Assembly: GCA_937991975.1 (NCBI GenBank) | Contig: CALKLC010000061.1 | Location: 1-18,350, forward strand | Direction: 5' to 3' | Length of the DNA: 18,350 nt | Source of the DNA: an uncultured Spirochaetales bacterium | Lineage (GTDB): Bacteria; Spirochaetota; Spirochaetia; DTKZ01 | Shown: positions 1 through 7,071 of the stretch, in pieces | How positions within the stretch are numbered: the first letter of the stretch is position 1 | How the letters are laid out: each line of letters starts with the position of its first letter | Program-made: the position numbers and the translations under genes | The notes under the pieces: model-generated | Databases searched by the model: none | What the model was told of the DNA's origin: nothing | What the model saw: only the letters and a program-made list of their open reading frames with translations

Positions 1-655
1 AATGAAACCTCAGGATGGGCCAGCCCCTTCGTTTCGCGACAAAGTAAAGGCGGGGATCCGGGTTTACTGCGATGGGATGAGCCACAGCTTCCAGCAGAGG
101 AAGGTCCGTAATGCTATCCGAATAGAAGGAACATTCTTCGAGAGAACCACCATTCTGTTCCAGGAACTCCAGGACGAACCGCTTCTTCTCATTCCCGAAA
201 GCGGGAAATCCGATCAGATTTCCGGTACTCCGGTGGTCGAGGAACTCGAGACTGCTGGAAATGTATTCCTTTACTCCGAGGTGGTGAGCCAGCGGACGAA
301 TCAGCATGTCGAGTGAAGAGGAAGCGAGGATTACCCGCGTACCCCGAGCCTGGAGAGTCTCGATCAATTGAGCGGCTTCGGGGTACAGATCCTTCTTGAT
401 CCATTGCTCGAATGTCCTTCCAGCGAGTTCTTCCAGTTCTTCCCTCGTTCGTCCCCGGAGGAAGGGAAACGAGCGATCCAGGTTCCTTATGGGCATGCAA
501 CCGACCCTGTAACAGGTGTAGTAGAAGGGCATGGTGAGAAGGGCAGATAGGGGAAAAACCCCTTTCCTCACTCCGAGGAAGGCGAACCTACGACCCGTGG
601 AATGCCTGGTCAGGGTATGATCTACGTCGAAGAACGCGAATTGAGTCGTATTCAT
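1..655 (-). CDS. HAD-superfamily subfamily IB hydrolase (phosphoserine-phosphatase-like). 5' complete; the 3' end runs off the left window edge.
   Basis: Minus-strand translation from the ATG at 655-653 gives MNTTQFAFFDVDHTLT, which carries the DxDxT motif I. Later come ...RGTRVILASSSLDMLIRPLAHHLGV and ...SDSITDLPLLEAVAHPIAVNPDPRL, typical of HAD-IB. The frame is open to position 1. The start ATG overlaps the aroA stop (ATGA). It is absent from the ORF track because no stop lies within the window. Confidence 0.75.
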   Translation of the reverse strand, partial: MNTTQFAFFDVDHTLTRHSTGRRFAFLGVRKGVFPLSALLTMPFYYTCYRVGCMPIRNLDRSFPFLRGRTREELEELAGRTFEQWIKKDLYPEAAQLIETLQARGTRVILASSSLDMLIRPLAHHLGVKEYISSSLEFLDHRSTGNLIGFPAFGNEKKRFVLEFLEQNGGSLEECSFYSDSITDLPLLEAVAHPIAVNPDPRLYFVAKRRGWPILRFH

Positions 656-1968
656 AGGGGTTGGATGGAGATACTCTCCAGTAACTCGAAGAAAGAAGGA
701 AAGGTCACAGAAGCGGCCTCGGCGGTTTCTATGGTAACAGGGCCCTTTGCACCCAGGGCTGCGATGGATAGGGCCATCACTACCCGGTGGTCCCCATGTC
801 CATGCACCCGTCCTCCATGGAGATACGATGCCGGGTTCGCCTCGATTCCTGCCGAAGGGGAAGGGCCGCGGATCTCGAGGCCATCCGGAAGTTCCTTTAC
901 CTGGGCACCGAGTTTTGAAAGCTCCTGTGCCATTACAGCTATCCGGTCTGTTTCTTTCAAACGGGCCTGCGGTACGTTGATGATCCGGGTGGTTCCTTCT
1001 GCATAGCAGGCTGTGGCTGCAAGAGCAGGGAGGGCATCGGGCATCGAGTTCAGGTCAATCTCGATTCCTTTCAAGGGACGACCGGTGAGGGTAATTCGAT
1101 CTGCTTCTATCCGGGTAATACATCCCATCTGTTCCAGGACGTGGATTATTTCCCTGTCGCCCTGGGTATCCCTTATATCCAATCCGAGGAGGGTGAGGGT
1201 GGATCTGGTGATAGCAGCCGCACAGAAGAAGAAGGTAGCGGAACTGAAGTCTCCTGGGATCTGCTTTTGGAAGCTGTGGTACTGTTGCCAGCCAGGAATA
1301 CGGAACCATTCCAGCCCCTTTCGCTCCAACTGTATTCCCTGTTCATCCAGCCAGCGGAGGGTCATTTCCACATAGGGACGTTCATAGAGGAGGGGAACTT
1401 CGATTTCGGTTTCTCCCTCGATCAGGGGGGTTGTGATCAAGAGGCTAGATAGGTACTGGCTGGTAGGGCATTCGATACGGGTCTTGCCCCCTCGCAGAGG
1501 GCCTTCGATGGTGAAGGGTGCGAAGCCTTCCTTTTTCTGGTAAGTAACCCGGGCACCCAGATCCTTCAGGGATTGTAATAAATTCTTCGCAGGACGGGAT
1601 TGGATCTGGGCATCCCCTGTGAAGTGGACAGGAGCCTGGCCCAGGCCTGCCAGGCCGCAGGCGAGGTACAGGGTAGTCCCCGAGTTCCCCACATCGATGG
1701 GGTGAGTCGGACACTGGATTTTCCCCCCTGTACCTCGAACCTTCACGGTTCGAGTTCCCGTTGGGGTATCGGTAGGTCCCTCGATCTGGGCCCCCAGACT
1801 TTTACAGGCTGCCATACAGGAACGGGTATCCTCTGAGTCGAGGGGGTTGATCAGGATGCTTTCCCCTTCTGCCAGGGTGGCAATCAAAAGAGCGCGAATC
1901 GTATGGGATTTGGAAGCGGGTATAAGGACTTCTCCTCCAACCCTGGCAGGGTGTACGGTTCTTTCCAT
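652..1968 (-). CDS. aroA: 3-phosphoshikimate 1-carboxyvinyltransferase (EPSP synthase)
   Basis: The 451-aa ORF 652..2007 carries LIPASKSHTIRALLIA, GNSGTT, LGAQV and RVHGHGDHRVVMAL, hallmarks of AroA. The ATG at 1968 (MERTVHPARV...) leaves an AroA-like 15 aa before the PxSKS motif. The alternative TTG at 2007 would add 13 aa. The stop is TGA. Confidence 0.9.
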   Translation of the reverse strand: MERTVHPARVGGEVLIPASKSHTIRALLIATLAEGESILINPLDSEDTRSCMAACKSLGAQIEGPTDTPTGTRTVKVRGTGGKIQCPTHPIDVGNSGTTLYLACGLAGLGQAPVHFTGDAQIQSRPAKNLLQSLKDLGARVTYQKKEGFAPFTIEGPLRGGKTRIECPTSQYLSSLLITTPLIEGETEIEVPLLYERPYVEMTLRWLDEQGIQLERKGLEWFRIPGWQQYHSFQKQIPGDFSSATFFFCAAAITRSTLTLLGLDIRDTQGDREIIHVLEQMGCITRIEADRITLTGRPLKGIEIDLNSMPDALPALAATACYAEGTTRIINVPQARLKETDRIAVMAQELSKLGAQVKELPDGLEIRGPSPSAGIEANPASYLHGGRVHGHGDHRVVMALSIAALGAKGPVTIETAEAASVTFPSFFELLESISIQPL

Positions 1969-2062
1969 GCAGGATTGAGTGTACGTCGCGGCCGATTGCC
2001 TTGTCAACGGAATCCGGCTATCCTATCTGAAGGGGTAGCCAATTGGGCGAGGGGAGGTAAGG

Positions 2063-3388
2063 ATGACACTGTCCGATTTTGGAAAGAAGTTCACCGAAAG
2101 AAGCGGGATCCTGGATTTGATGGACGATCTGAGTCTTGCACTGCAGGGGTCGGAGAAGAAGTATATGCTGGGAGGAGGGAACCCGGCCCATATCCCGGAG
2201 GTCCAGCAGGTATTCCGTAAACGGATTGAGGAAATCCTACGCACCCCCGGTGCATTGGAGGCGATGCTGGGGAACTACGACAGTGCCACTGCCAACGCAT
2301 CCTTTGCCGAAGCACTGGCCGCTCTACTGAATAGCCGGTTTGGCTGGCCCATCGGACCGGAAAACATCGCTGTTACCAACGGAAGTCAGACAGCCTTTTT
2401 CCTTCTCTTCAATCTGTTCGGCGGTAGGGCTGGGTATATCACGGATACTATTGTGCAGGATGGCAGTGAGGGTGGTGGCACACGGAAACGCGACAGGATG
2501 CAAAAGCACAACAGGATGCAAAAGATCGTCTTTCCCCTCTGCCCCGAGTACATCGGGTATGCGGATCAGGGAATCTATCCGGACCAGTTCGTGTCTTTCC
2601 CTTCCCGGATAGAGGAACTGGAGAACGGGTTTTTCAAGTATCGGGTCGATTTCAATCGGCTGGAGATCCCAAAGGATGCAGGGGCTCTCTGTGTCTCCCG
2701 ACCTACGAATCCCACCGGGAACGTCCTTACCGACGGGGAAGTTCGGGAGTTAGCCAGAATTGCAGCTGAACGTGGCATTCCCCTATTTTTGGACAACGCG
2801 TATGGATTGCCTTTCCCCAAGATCATTTTCGAGGATGTGCATCCTTACTGGGACGAGAACGTAGTGTTCAGTATGAGCCTTTCCAAGCTCGGCCTCCCCT
2901 CTGTCCGAACTGGAATCCTTGTTGCCCGGAAAGAGATCGTACGGGCCGTTTCCGCGGCCAATGCCATTGCCAACCTGGCGAACGGAGGGATCGGCCAGAT
3001 TCTGGTAACCCCCCTAATTCGGAATGGGGAAATTATTCGGATCAGTGAGGAATACATCTATCCATTCTACAAACGTCGTTCTGCCCGGACAATCCAGTGG
3101 ATTCACGAAGCCTTTCCCAAACACCTGGAGTATCGGATTCACAAGAGCGAGGGGGCGATCTTCCTCTGGATCTGGTTCAAGAATCTCCGGATTACGACAA
3201 AGGAACTGTACGAAAAACTGAAGGAAAGGCACGTGATCATAGTTCCGGGAGAATACTTTTTCTTCGGATTATCCGAACCCTGGGACCACAGCACCCAGTG
3301 CATTCGCCTGAACTATTCGGGCCCTGAAAAGGATGTACAACGGGGGATCGAGATTATTGCCGAAGTGGCCGGAGCTTATACTCGATGA
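2063..3388 (+). CDS. avtA: valine--pyruvate aminotransferase (PLP-dependent class I/II aminotransferase)
   Basis: Near-collinear similarity to E. coli AvtA, as recalled from memory: MTLSDFGKKFTERSGI.., MLGGGNPAHIPE, NGSQTAFFLLFNLF, CVSRPTNPTGNV, DNAYG.PFP, SMSLSKLGLP, EGAIFLWIWFK. The RBS GGAGGT lies 6 nt upstream. There is an approx. 17-aa insertion relative to E. coli that contains an 18-nt tandem repeat. Confidence 0.88.
   Translation: MTLSDFGKKFTERSGILDLMDDLSLALQGSEKKYMLGGGNPAHIPEVQQVFRKRIEEILRTPGALEAMLGNYDSATANASFAEALAALLNSRFGWPIGPENIAVTNGSQTAFFLLFNLFGGRAGYITDTIVQDGSEGGGTRKRDRMQKHNRMQKIVFPLCPEYIGYADQGIYPDQFVSFPSRIEELENGFFKYRVDFNRLEIPKDAGALCVSRPTNPTGNVLTDGEVRELARIAAERGIPLFLDNAYGLPFPKIIFEDVHPYWDENVVFSMSLSKLGLPSVRTGILVARKEIVRAVSAANAIANLANGGIGQILVTPLIRNGEIIRISEEYIYPFYKRRSARTIQWIHEAFPKHLEYRIHKSEGAIFLWIWFKNLRITTKELYEKLKERHVIIVPGEYFFFGLSEPWDHSTQCIRLNYSGPEKDVQRGIEIIAEVAGAYTR
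2493..2528 (+). repeat. in-frame 18-nt tandem duplication (ACAGGATGCAAAAGCACA / ACAGGATGCAAAAGATCG) inside avtA
   Basis: Direct reading: two adjacent copies of ACAGGATGCAAAAG with period 18 nt. They encode RMQKHN-RMQKIV within a Gly- and charge-rich insertion loop. Confidence 0.8.
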
Positions 3389-3521
3389 TTAGGGCTATCT
3401 ATCATGGTGGCCCGTTTTAAGGGTCGCTCTTTAGGGTTGCTATCCAGGGGTGCCGGCTTCTATTTTTATCACGATTTATAGGACAGATCTTCTTATGGCT
3501 TAGATCTTGTTGGCCCCTCCC

Positions 3522-3980
3522 TTAGGGCCGTTCGGCCAGGATCTGGAGGATGGTTTTCGCATCCTTTGCCTCTAGAAGGCGATTCCGTTTGGACTCGCTT
3601 CGAAGGAGGGTACTGATCTCGGACAGGAACTGGATGTGGGGTCCGGTACGGTGACTGGGCGAAACCGTCATGATGAAGATCCGGCAAGGGTTTCCATCCA
3701 GCGATTGAAACTCTACCGGATGTTTGGAAATACCCACACAGGCGAGAAGTTCTTCTACCGCATCGGTTTTTCCGTGGGGAATGGCAATACCATTTTCCAT
3801 TCCGGTGGACATTTTGTTTTCCCGTGCCATAATGGCGTCGAGAGCTGCTTTACGGTCCTTTACCTTTCCTGTGCGACAGATGATATCCAATAGTTCTTCG
3901 ATGATTTCCTGTTTCGTGACGCCTTTCAAACTAGGGGTAACGGTGTCCAGGGTGAGGTACTTTAACAATGACATGTCCAT
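3522..3980 (-). CDS. ptsN: PTS EIIA type-2 domain protein, stand-alone (PtsN / EIIA-Ntr-like nitrogen regulatory protein)
   Basis: MDMSLLKYLTLDTV... contains the GIAIPHGKT active-site His motif of the fructose/mannitol-family EIIA. Size is about 152 aa. No EIIB/EIIC genes are adjacent. The ATG at 3980 is preceded by GAGGA. The ORF-track start at 4049 would add an implausible 23-aa extension. Confidence 0.75.
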   Translation of the reverse strand: MDMSLLKYLTLDTVTPSLKGVTKQEIIEELLDIICRTGKVKDRKAALDAIMARENKMSTGMENGIAIPHGKTDAVEELLACVGISKHPVEFQSLDGNPCRIFIMTVSPSHRTGPHIQFLSEISTLLRSESKRNRLLEAKDAKTILQILAERP

Positions 3981-4073
3981 ACAGTACGAATCCTCTATTT
4001 CACTGTCAAGGGATACACCTATTTTCTTACTGTTTGGTATTTTTCGCAATAGTTTTTTCTTGTAGAATCGTTT

Positions 4074-4475
4074 ATGCTCTTGCGTATGGATAGTGCAGAA
4101 CGATTCTATAGACAGTTGGATAAACTACAACAGACCCACCCGCCGGTTAGTTTCCGCACAGCTGTCCGGGAAGTACAGAGAGCCTTCGAAGAGGCGATGA
4201 GCAATATCCCCGAAACGTTGACAGAGGCCATTTACCTTCATTTCCTCGATTCTTTCAACCATGCGGAGCTTCCCGAGGAAAAATTTGTATCCTACGCATA
4301 CCGGCTGGGTCCCTATATCGATGTATTCTGGAAGCGGTATGACGAGGAGGAAGATCCCATTCCCGAGGAAGAATGGATCTTCCTGAAAGAAGCCGTATCT
4401 GAGGCAGCCGGAGAGATGGATCTCAAACTTCTCACATATATCATGCAGCTCATCATGGATAAGGGGCTGATCTAA
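4074..4475 (+). CDS. hypothetical acidic helical protein (133 aa), divergent from the ptsN-like gene
   Basis: Long ORF with coding-like composition. No motif I recognise. No clear SD, so the start is uncertain (4074 or 4086). Confidence 0.45.
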   Translation: MLLRMDSAERFYRQLDKLQQTHPPVSFRTAVREVQRAFEEAMSNIPETLTEAIYLHFLDSFNHAELPEEKFVSYAYRLGPYIDVFWKRYDEEEDPIPEEEWIFLKEAVSEAAGEMDLKLLTYIMQLIMDKGLI

Positions 4476-4542
4476 ACCCGTGAATACTTGACCTGTATCT
4501 TAAAGAGGGGTTCGCACAACGTATTAGTTTTACTCTTTAATA

Positions 4543-4563
4543 AGTGGTGCCAAAATTGTGGCG
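4543..4563 (-). repeat. Copy A of the intergenic repeat family, reverse orientation (AAGTGGTGCCAAAATTGTGGCG)
   Basis: It is the exact reverse complement of the core CGCCACAATTTTGGCACCACTT. It forms an inverted pair with copy B, with 100 nt between them. Confidence 0.85.
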
Positions 4564-4663
4564 AAGGTAGCAACTTCAACAATCACCTTACTGCCCGGCG
4601 GGTAAGGTTCGGCTGTGCATGGATTCGCAAGGATAAAAGGCCCTTGCAAAACCGTCAGCGAGA

Positions 4664-4690
4664 CCGCCACAATTTTGGCACCACTTTAGA
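4664..4690 (+). repeat. Copy B of the intergenic repeat family (CCGCCACAATTTTGGCACCACTTTAGAT)
   Basis: The 27-mer at 4664-4690 is identical to copy D (5987-6013). It lies in the convergent intergenic region between the hypothetical gene and the dehydrogenase. Confidence 0.85.
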
Positions 4691-4723
4691 TCCCTTCCGG
4701 CTCTTCTGGGTGAGGAGTGTCGC

Positions 4724-5698
4724 TCAGTTCACCACATTCTGGGGCTTCCCCTCCAGGAAGGCCTTCAGGTTCTCTGCGGCGGTGTGCATGAGGCGTTTGC
4801 GTGCCTCCAGGGTTGCCCAGGCGATGTGGGGAGTGACGATGCAGTTCTTTGCCTTCAAGAGGGGATTGTCCGCTTTCGGGGGTTCGGTAAAACCTACCAC
4901 ATCGAGAGCTGCTCCTGCAATCACCCCATTGTTCAGGGCATCGGCCAGATCTTCATCCACCACCAGTCCGCCTCGAGCAACGTTGATGAGGAAAGCAGAC
5001 TTTTTCATGAGCTTCAGGGTGTTCTTGTTGATCATGCCGGTATTTTCCGGGAACAGGGGGCAGTGGAGGCTTACCACATCGGAACGTTTCAGGAGGTCTT
5101 CCACCTCGGCCCATTCGAAGGGATAGGAGGGAGGGTTTTGCCTGTAGGTATCGTACGCGAGGATCTTCATACCGAAGGCCCGGCCGATCTCTCCTACACG
5201 CCGGCCGATCCGACCGAATCCAACAATTCCCAGGGTGCGGTCGTACAGTTCTATCAGCGGATAGTCCCAGAAGCAGAAATCCGGCTGGTTTGACCATTTT
5301 CCTTCTTTTACTACTCTATCGTGATGACCCACATGGTGGCAGAGTTCGAGAAGGAGAGCAAAGGTAAACTGGGCGACATTCACGGTCCCATACTCGGGAA
5401 TGTTGGTCACCGGGATCCCCTTCTGCCGGGCATACTTGAAGTCTACCACGTTGTATCCTGTAGCAATTACCCCGATGTACTTGAGGCGGGGAAGCTGATC
5501 GATGGTTTCCTTTGTAAGGGGGGTCTTGTTGGTGATAAGGACATCCGCGTCCTTACTCCGCGGTACGATATCCGCAGGGTTGATGGTACGATCATACACG
5601 GTAAGATTCCCTAAAGCCTCGAACTCGGACCAGGGATTGTCACCTGGATTGAGGGTATACCCATCCAGTACGACAATGTTGATGTTTTTCTTAGCCAT
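4724..5698 (-). CDS. D-isomer-specific 2-hydroxyacid dehydrogenase (glycerate dehydrogenase / hydroxypyruvate reductase-like)
   Basis: GIVGFGRIGRRVGEI is a Rossmann NAD-binding site. The catalytic-domain motifs NVARGGLVDE and TPHIAWAT are also present. The ATG at 5698 has AAGGAG 5 nt upstream. The track start (GTG at 5704) adds 2 aa. Confidence 0.88.
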   Translation of the reverse strand: MAKKNINIVVLDGYTLNPGDNPWSEFEALGNLTVYDRTINPADIVPRSKDADVLITNKTPLTKETIDQLPRLKYIGVIATGYNVVDFKYARQKGIPVTNIPEYGTVNVAQFTFALLLELCHHVGHHDRVVKEGKWSNQPDFCFWDYPLIELYDRTLGIVGFGRIGRRVGEIGRAFGMKILAYDTYRQNPPSYPFEWAEVEDLLKRSDVVSLHCPLFPENTGMINKNTLKLMKKSAFLINVARGGLVVDEDLADALNNGVIAGAALDVVGFTEPPKADNPLLKAKNCIVTPHIAWATLEARKRLMHTAAENLKAFLEGKPQNVVN

Positions 5699-5731
5699 GG
5701 CCACTCCTTCGAATGAGTTGTATTATGGTTT

Positions 5732-5744
5732 GTATTCAGAATAC
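5732..5744. promoter_or_regulatory. Perfect 13-bp palindrome GTATTCAGAATAC, about 35 bp upstream of the dehydrogenase start; candidate operator
   Basis: Direct reading. It sits in the presumed promoter region of the minus-strand dehydrogenase gene. A TTGTATT direct repeat lies beside it. Confidence 0.3.
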
Positions 5745-5862
5745 GACAGATATATAACAAATATGGGAAAGGATGTCTACAGCTTAGGAGAGAAAAGTAT
5801 CGCCCCGTGAGGTGCGGGTATTCTTTAAGGGGTATTTTCAGGCACGGTCCGGCATTAATAAA

Positions 5863-5885
5863 AAGTGGTGCCAATATTGTTGCGG
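5863..5885 (-). repeat. Copy C of the intergenic repeat family, reverse orientation, slightly diverged (AAGTGGTGCCAATATTGTTGCGG)
   Basis: Two mismatches to the core. It forms an inverted pair with copy D, with 101 nt between them. Confidence 0.8.
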
Positions 5886-5986
5886 TTTCGCTTAGAATTG
5901 TAAAATGAGCTTTCTATGTTTTCAGGCCCTTATCCAATAAGGCCTTGCCCAGGTGAGACAACAAGATCTATGGGGAAGTTTTCCCC

Positions 5987-6013
5987 CCGCCACAATTTTG
6001 GCACCACTTTAGA
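5987..6013 (+). repeat. Copy D of the intergenic repeat family (CCGCCACAATTTTGGCACCACTTTAGAT)
   Basis: 27-mer identical to copy B. A GC hairpin plus T-rich tract follows at about 6021-6040 on the plus strand. Confidence 0.85.
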
Positions 6014-6103
6014 TAGAATGAACCAGGCCGGGCCTTTCGTATCCGCTGCCCGCATTGAAAAGGGGGAGGCCAACTGATTCGGCCGCCAGAGCAAAAGCGG
6101 GAA

Positions 6104-6562
6104 TTATTCCCCCAGGGCGTTCAGTATCTCCTCTGCATGTCCTTCTGGTTTCACTTTGGGGAACACGTGAGTGATCCGGTTCTGCTCATCCAGGATGAAG
6201 GTGGAACGGATAATCCCGAAAAAGGTCTTTCCGTACATTTTCTTTTCTCCCGCGGCGCCGAACTCCTTGATCACCTTCATCTCTGGATCGGATAGGAGGA
6301 TGAAAGGGAGCTGATACTTGTACCGGAACTTTGCGTGCTTTTCCACCGGGTCCGCGCTGATCCCGATTACAACCGCACCTTTCTCTGCGATTCGCGTGTA
6401 CACATCGCGGAATCCGCAGGCCTCCTTCGTGCACCCGGGGGTATCGTCCTTCGGGTAGAAATAAATGACCTTTTTCTTCCCCGCGAAATGGGAGAGCTTT
6501 ACCTCTTTCCCATCTGCATCCTGTAACGAAAAATCTGCAATTGATTCGCCTATTTGTTTCAT
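6104..6562 (-). CDS. bcp: thioredoxin-dependent peroxiredoxin, Bcp-type (AhpC/TSA family)
   Basis: MKQIGESIADFSLQDADGKEVKLSHF...YFYPKDDTPGCTKEAC is the peroxidatic Cys motif (TPGCT). Length is about 153 aa from the ATG at 6562. The upstream extension in the track ORF is AT-rich promoter DNA. Confidence 0.88.
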   Translation of the reverse strand: MKQIGESIADFSLQDADGKEVKLSHFAGKKKVIYFYPKDDTPGCTKEACGFRDVYTRIAEKGAVVIGISADPVEKHAKFRYKYQLPFILLSDPEMKVIKEFGAAGEKKMYGKTFFGIIRSTFILDEQNRITHVFPKVKPEGHAEEILNALGE

Positions 6563-6605
6563 GCGTTTAAAATATTGATTTTTCTGTCGTCTGGCAAATT
6601 GAGTG

Positions 6606-6620
6606 AATTTTGGCACCACT
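6606..6620 (+). repeat. Copy E of the repeat family, partial (AATTTTGGCACCACT); immediately upstream of the gntR -35
   Basis: 15-nt match to the conserved half of the core. Confidence 0.6.
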
Positions 6621-6632
6621 GTAAATTTAGTA

Positions 6633-6683
6633 TTGACATACTGTAATAGTACAATTAAAATTGTACTATATGAATAGTACAAA
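6633..6683 (+). promoter_or_regulatory. sigma70-type promoter and autoregulatory operator of the gntR operon
   Basis: The -35 is TTGACA at 6633-6638, followed by a 17-nt spacer and the -10 TAAAAT at 6656-6661. An interrupted palindrome AGTACAATT-AA-AATTGTACT (6648-6667) overlaps the -10. A third half-site ATAGTACAAAT lies at 6673-6683 inside the start of the ORF. The geometry is typical of autorepression. Confidence 0.6.
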
Positions 6684-7071
6684 TGGGGGAAAAAAGCTTT
6701 CGATCCGGTTGGACGGTGCTTCGGGAGTGCCTTTTTACCGACAGATCATCCAGCAGATCGAACAAGCGATCCTCTCGAAACGACTCCTTCCCGGCGATAG
6801 ACTTCCCACGATCCGTTCCCTCGCGATCGAGCTGAAGATAAACCCCAATACCATCGCGAAGGCATATAACGAACTGGAAATCCGGGGAATCGTAGTTACC
6901 CAGGTAGGAAGCGGCACCTATGTCTCAGATAAGGAAATCGATATGGCCGAAAATGAGCGACAGAAAAAAATCGAAGAAAGCATAGCCCGATTCCTTCGGG
7001 AAATGGATGCACTAGGAGTCTTGAAGTCAGAGATACCCAGGCTAATCCGTGAGTTTAAGGAGGAAGAATGA
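6670..7071 (+). CDS. GntR-family transcriptional regulator, short YtrA-like subfamily
   Basis: An N-terminal winged-HTH region (RLPTIRSLAIELKINPNTIAKAYNELEIRGIVVTQVGSGTYV) is followed by a short C-terminal helical dimerisation tail of about 130 aa in total. An ATG at 6670 or a TTG at 6661 is possible. The stop overlaps the next gene (ATGA). Confidence 0.85.
   Translation: MNSTNGGKKLSIRLDGASGVPFYRQIIQQIEQAILSKRLLPGDRLPTIRSLAIELKINPNTIAKAYNELEIRGIVVTQVGSGTYVSDKEIDMAENERQKKIEESIARFLREMDALGVLKSEIPRLIREFKEEE

Noticed and set aside
2-550. ORF-track entries 2..316(+), 189..500(-) and 368..550(+)
   Set aside because: They are superseded by the minus-strand HAD-IB gene (1..655). That gene shows clean family motifs, whereas these frames give Arg/Ser/Pro-rich nonsense.
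602-1836. Plus-strand ORFs 602..1006, 747..980, 1013..1375, 1141..1452 and 1600..1836, and minus ORFs 1055..1309 and 1445..1714
   Set aside because: All lie antisense to, or out of frame with, the well-supported aroA CDS. Their composition is typical of GC-rich off-frame translation.
4488-5293. ORFs 4488..5126(+), 4784..5293(+) and 4953..5297(-)
   Set aside because: They lie antisense to or off-frame with the 2-hydroxyacid dehydrogenase gene, which has clear Rossmann and catalytic motifs.
5800-5830. Plus-strand hairpin CCCGtgaggtgCGGG followed by TATTCTTT as a terminator
   Set aside because: It lies on the wrong strand for the flanking minus-strand genes. No plus-strand gene upstream needs it. 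It may be part of the repeat-associated element or the dehydrogenase 5' region.
4543-6013. CRISPR array interpretation of the repeated 23-mers
   Set aside because: The repeats are inverted rather than direct and are spaced 100 nt apart. Only two pairs exist, and there are no cas genes.
4664-6620. Sigma-54 promoter interpretation of the TGGCAC in the repeat core
   Set aside because: The -24 GG is present, but no GC or TTGC element lies 10 nt downstream in any copy. Copies A through D also sit in a convergent and a tandem spacer, not promoter regions.
6563-6682. N-terminal 40-aa extension of the bcp ORF (MYYSYSTILIVLL...)
   Set aside because: It is a translation of AT-rich promoter and operator DNA. 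Bcp homologues start at MKQIGES..., matching the E. coli Bcp N-terminus.
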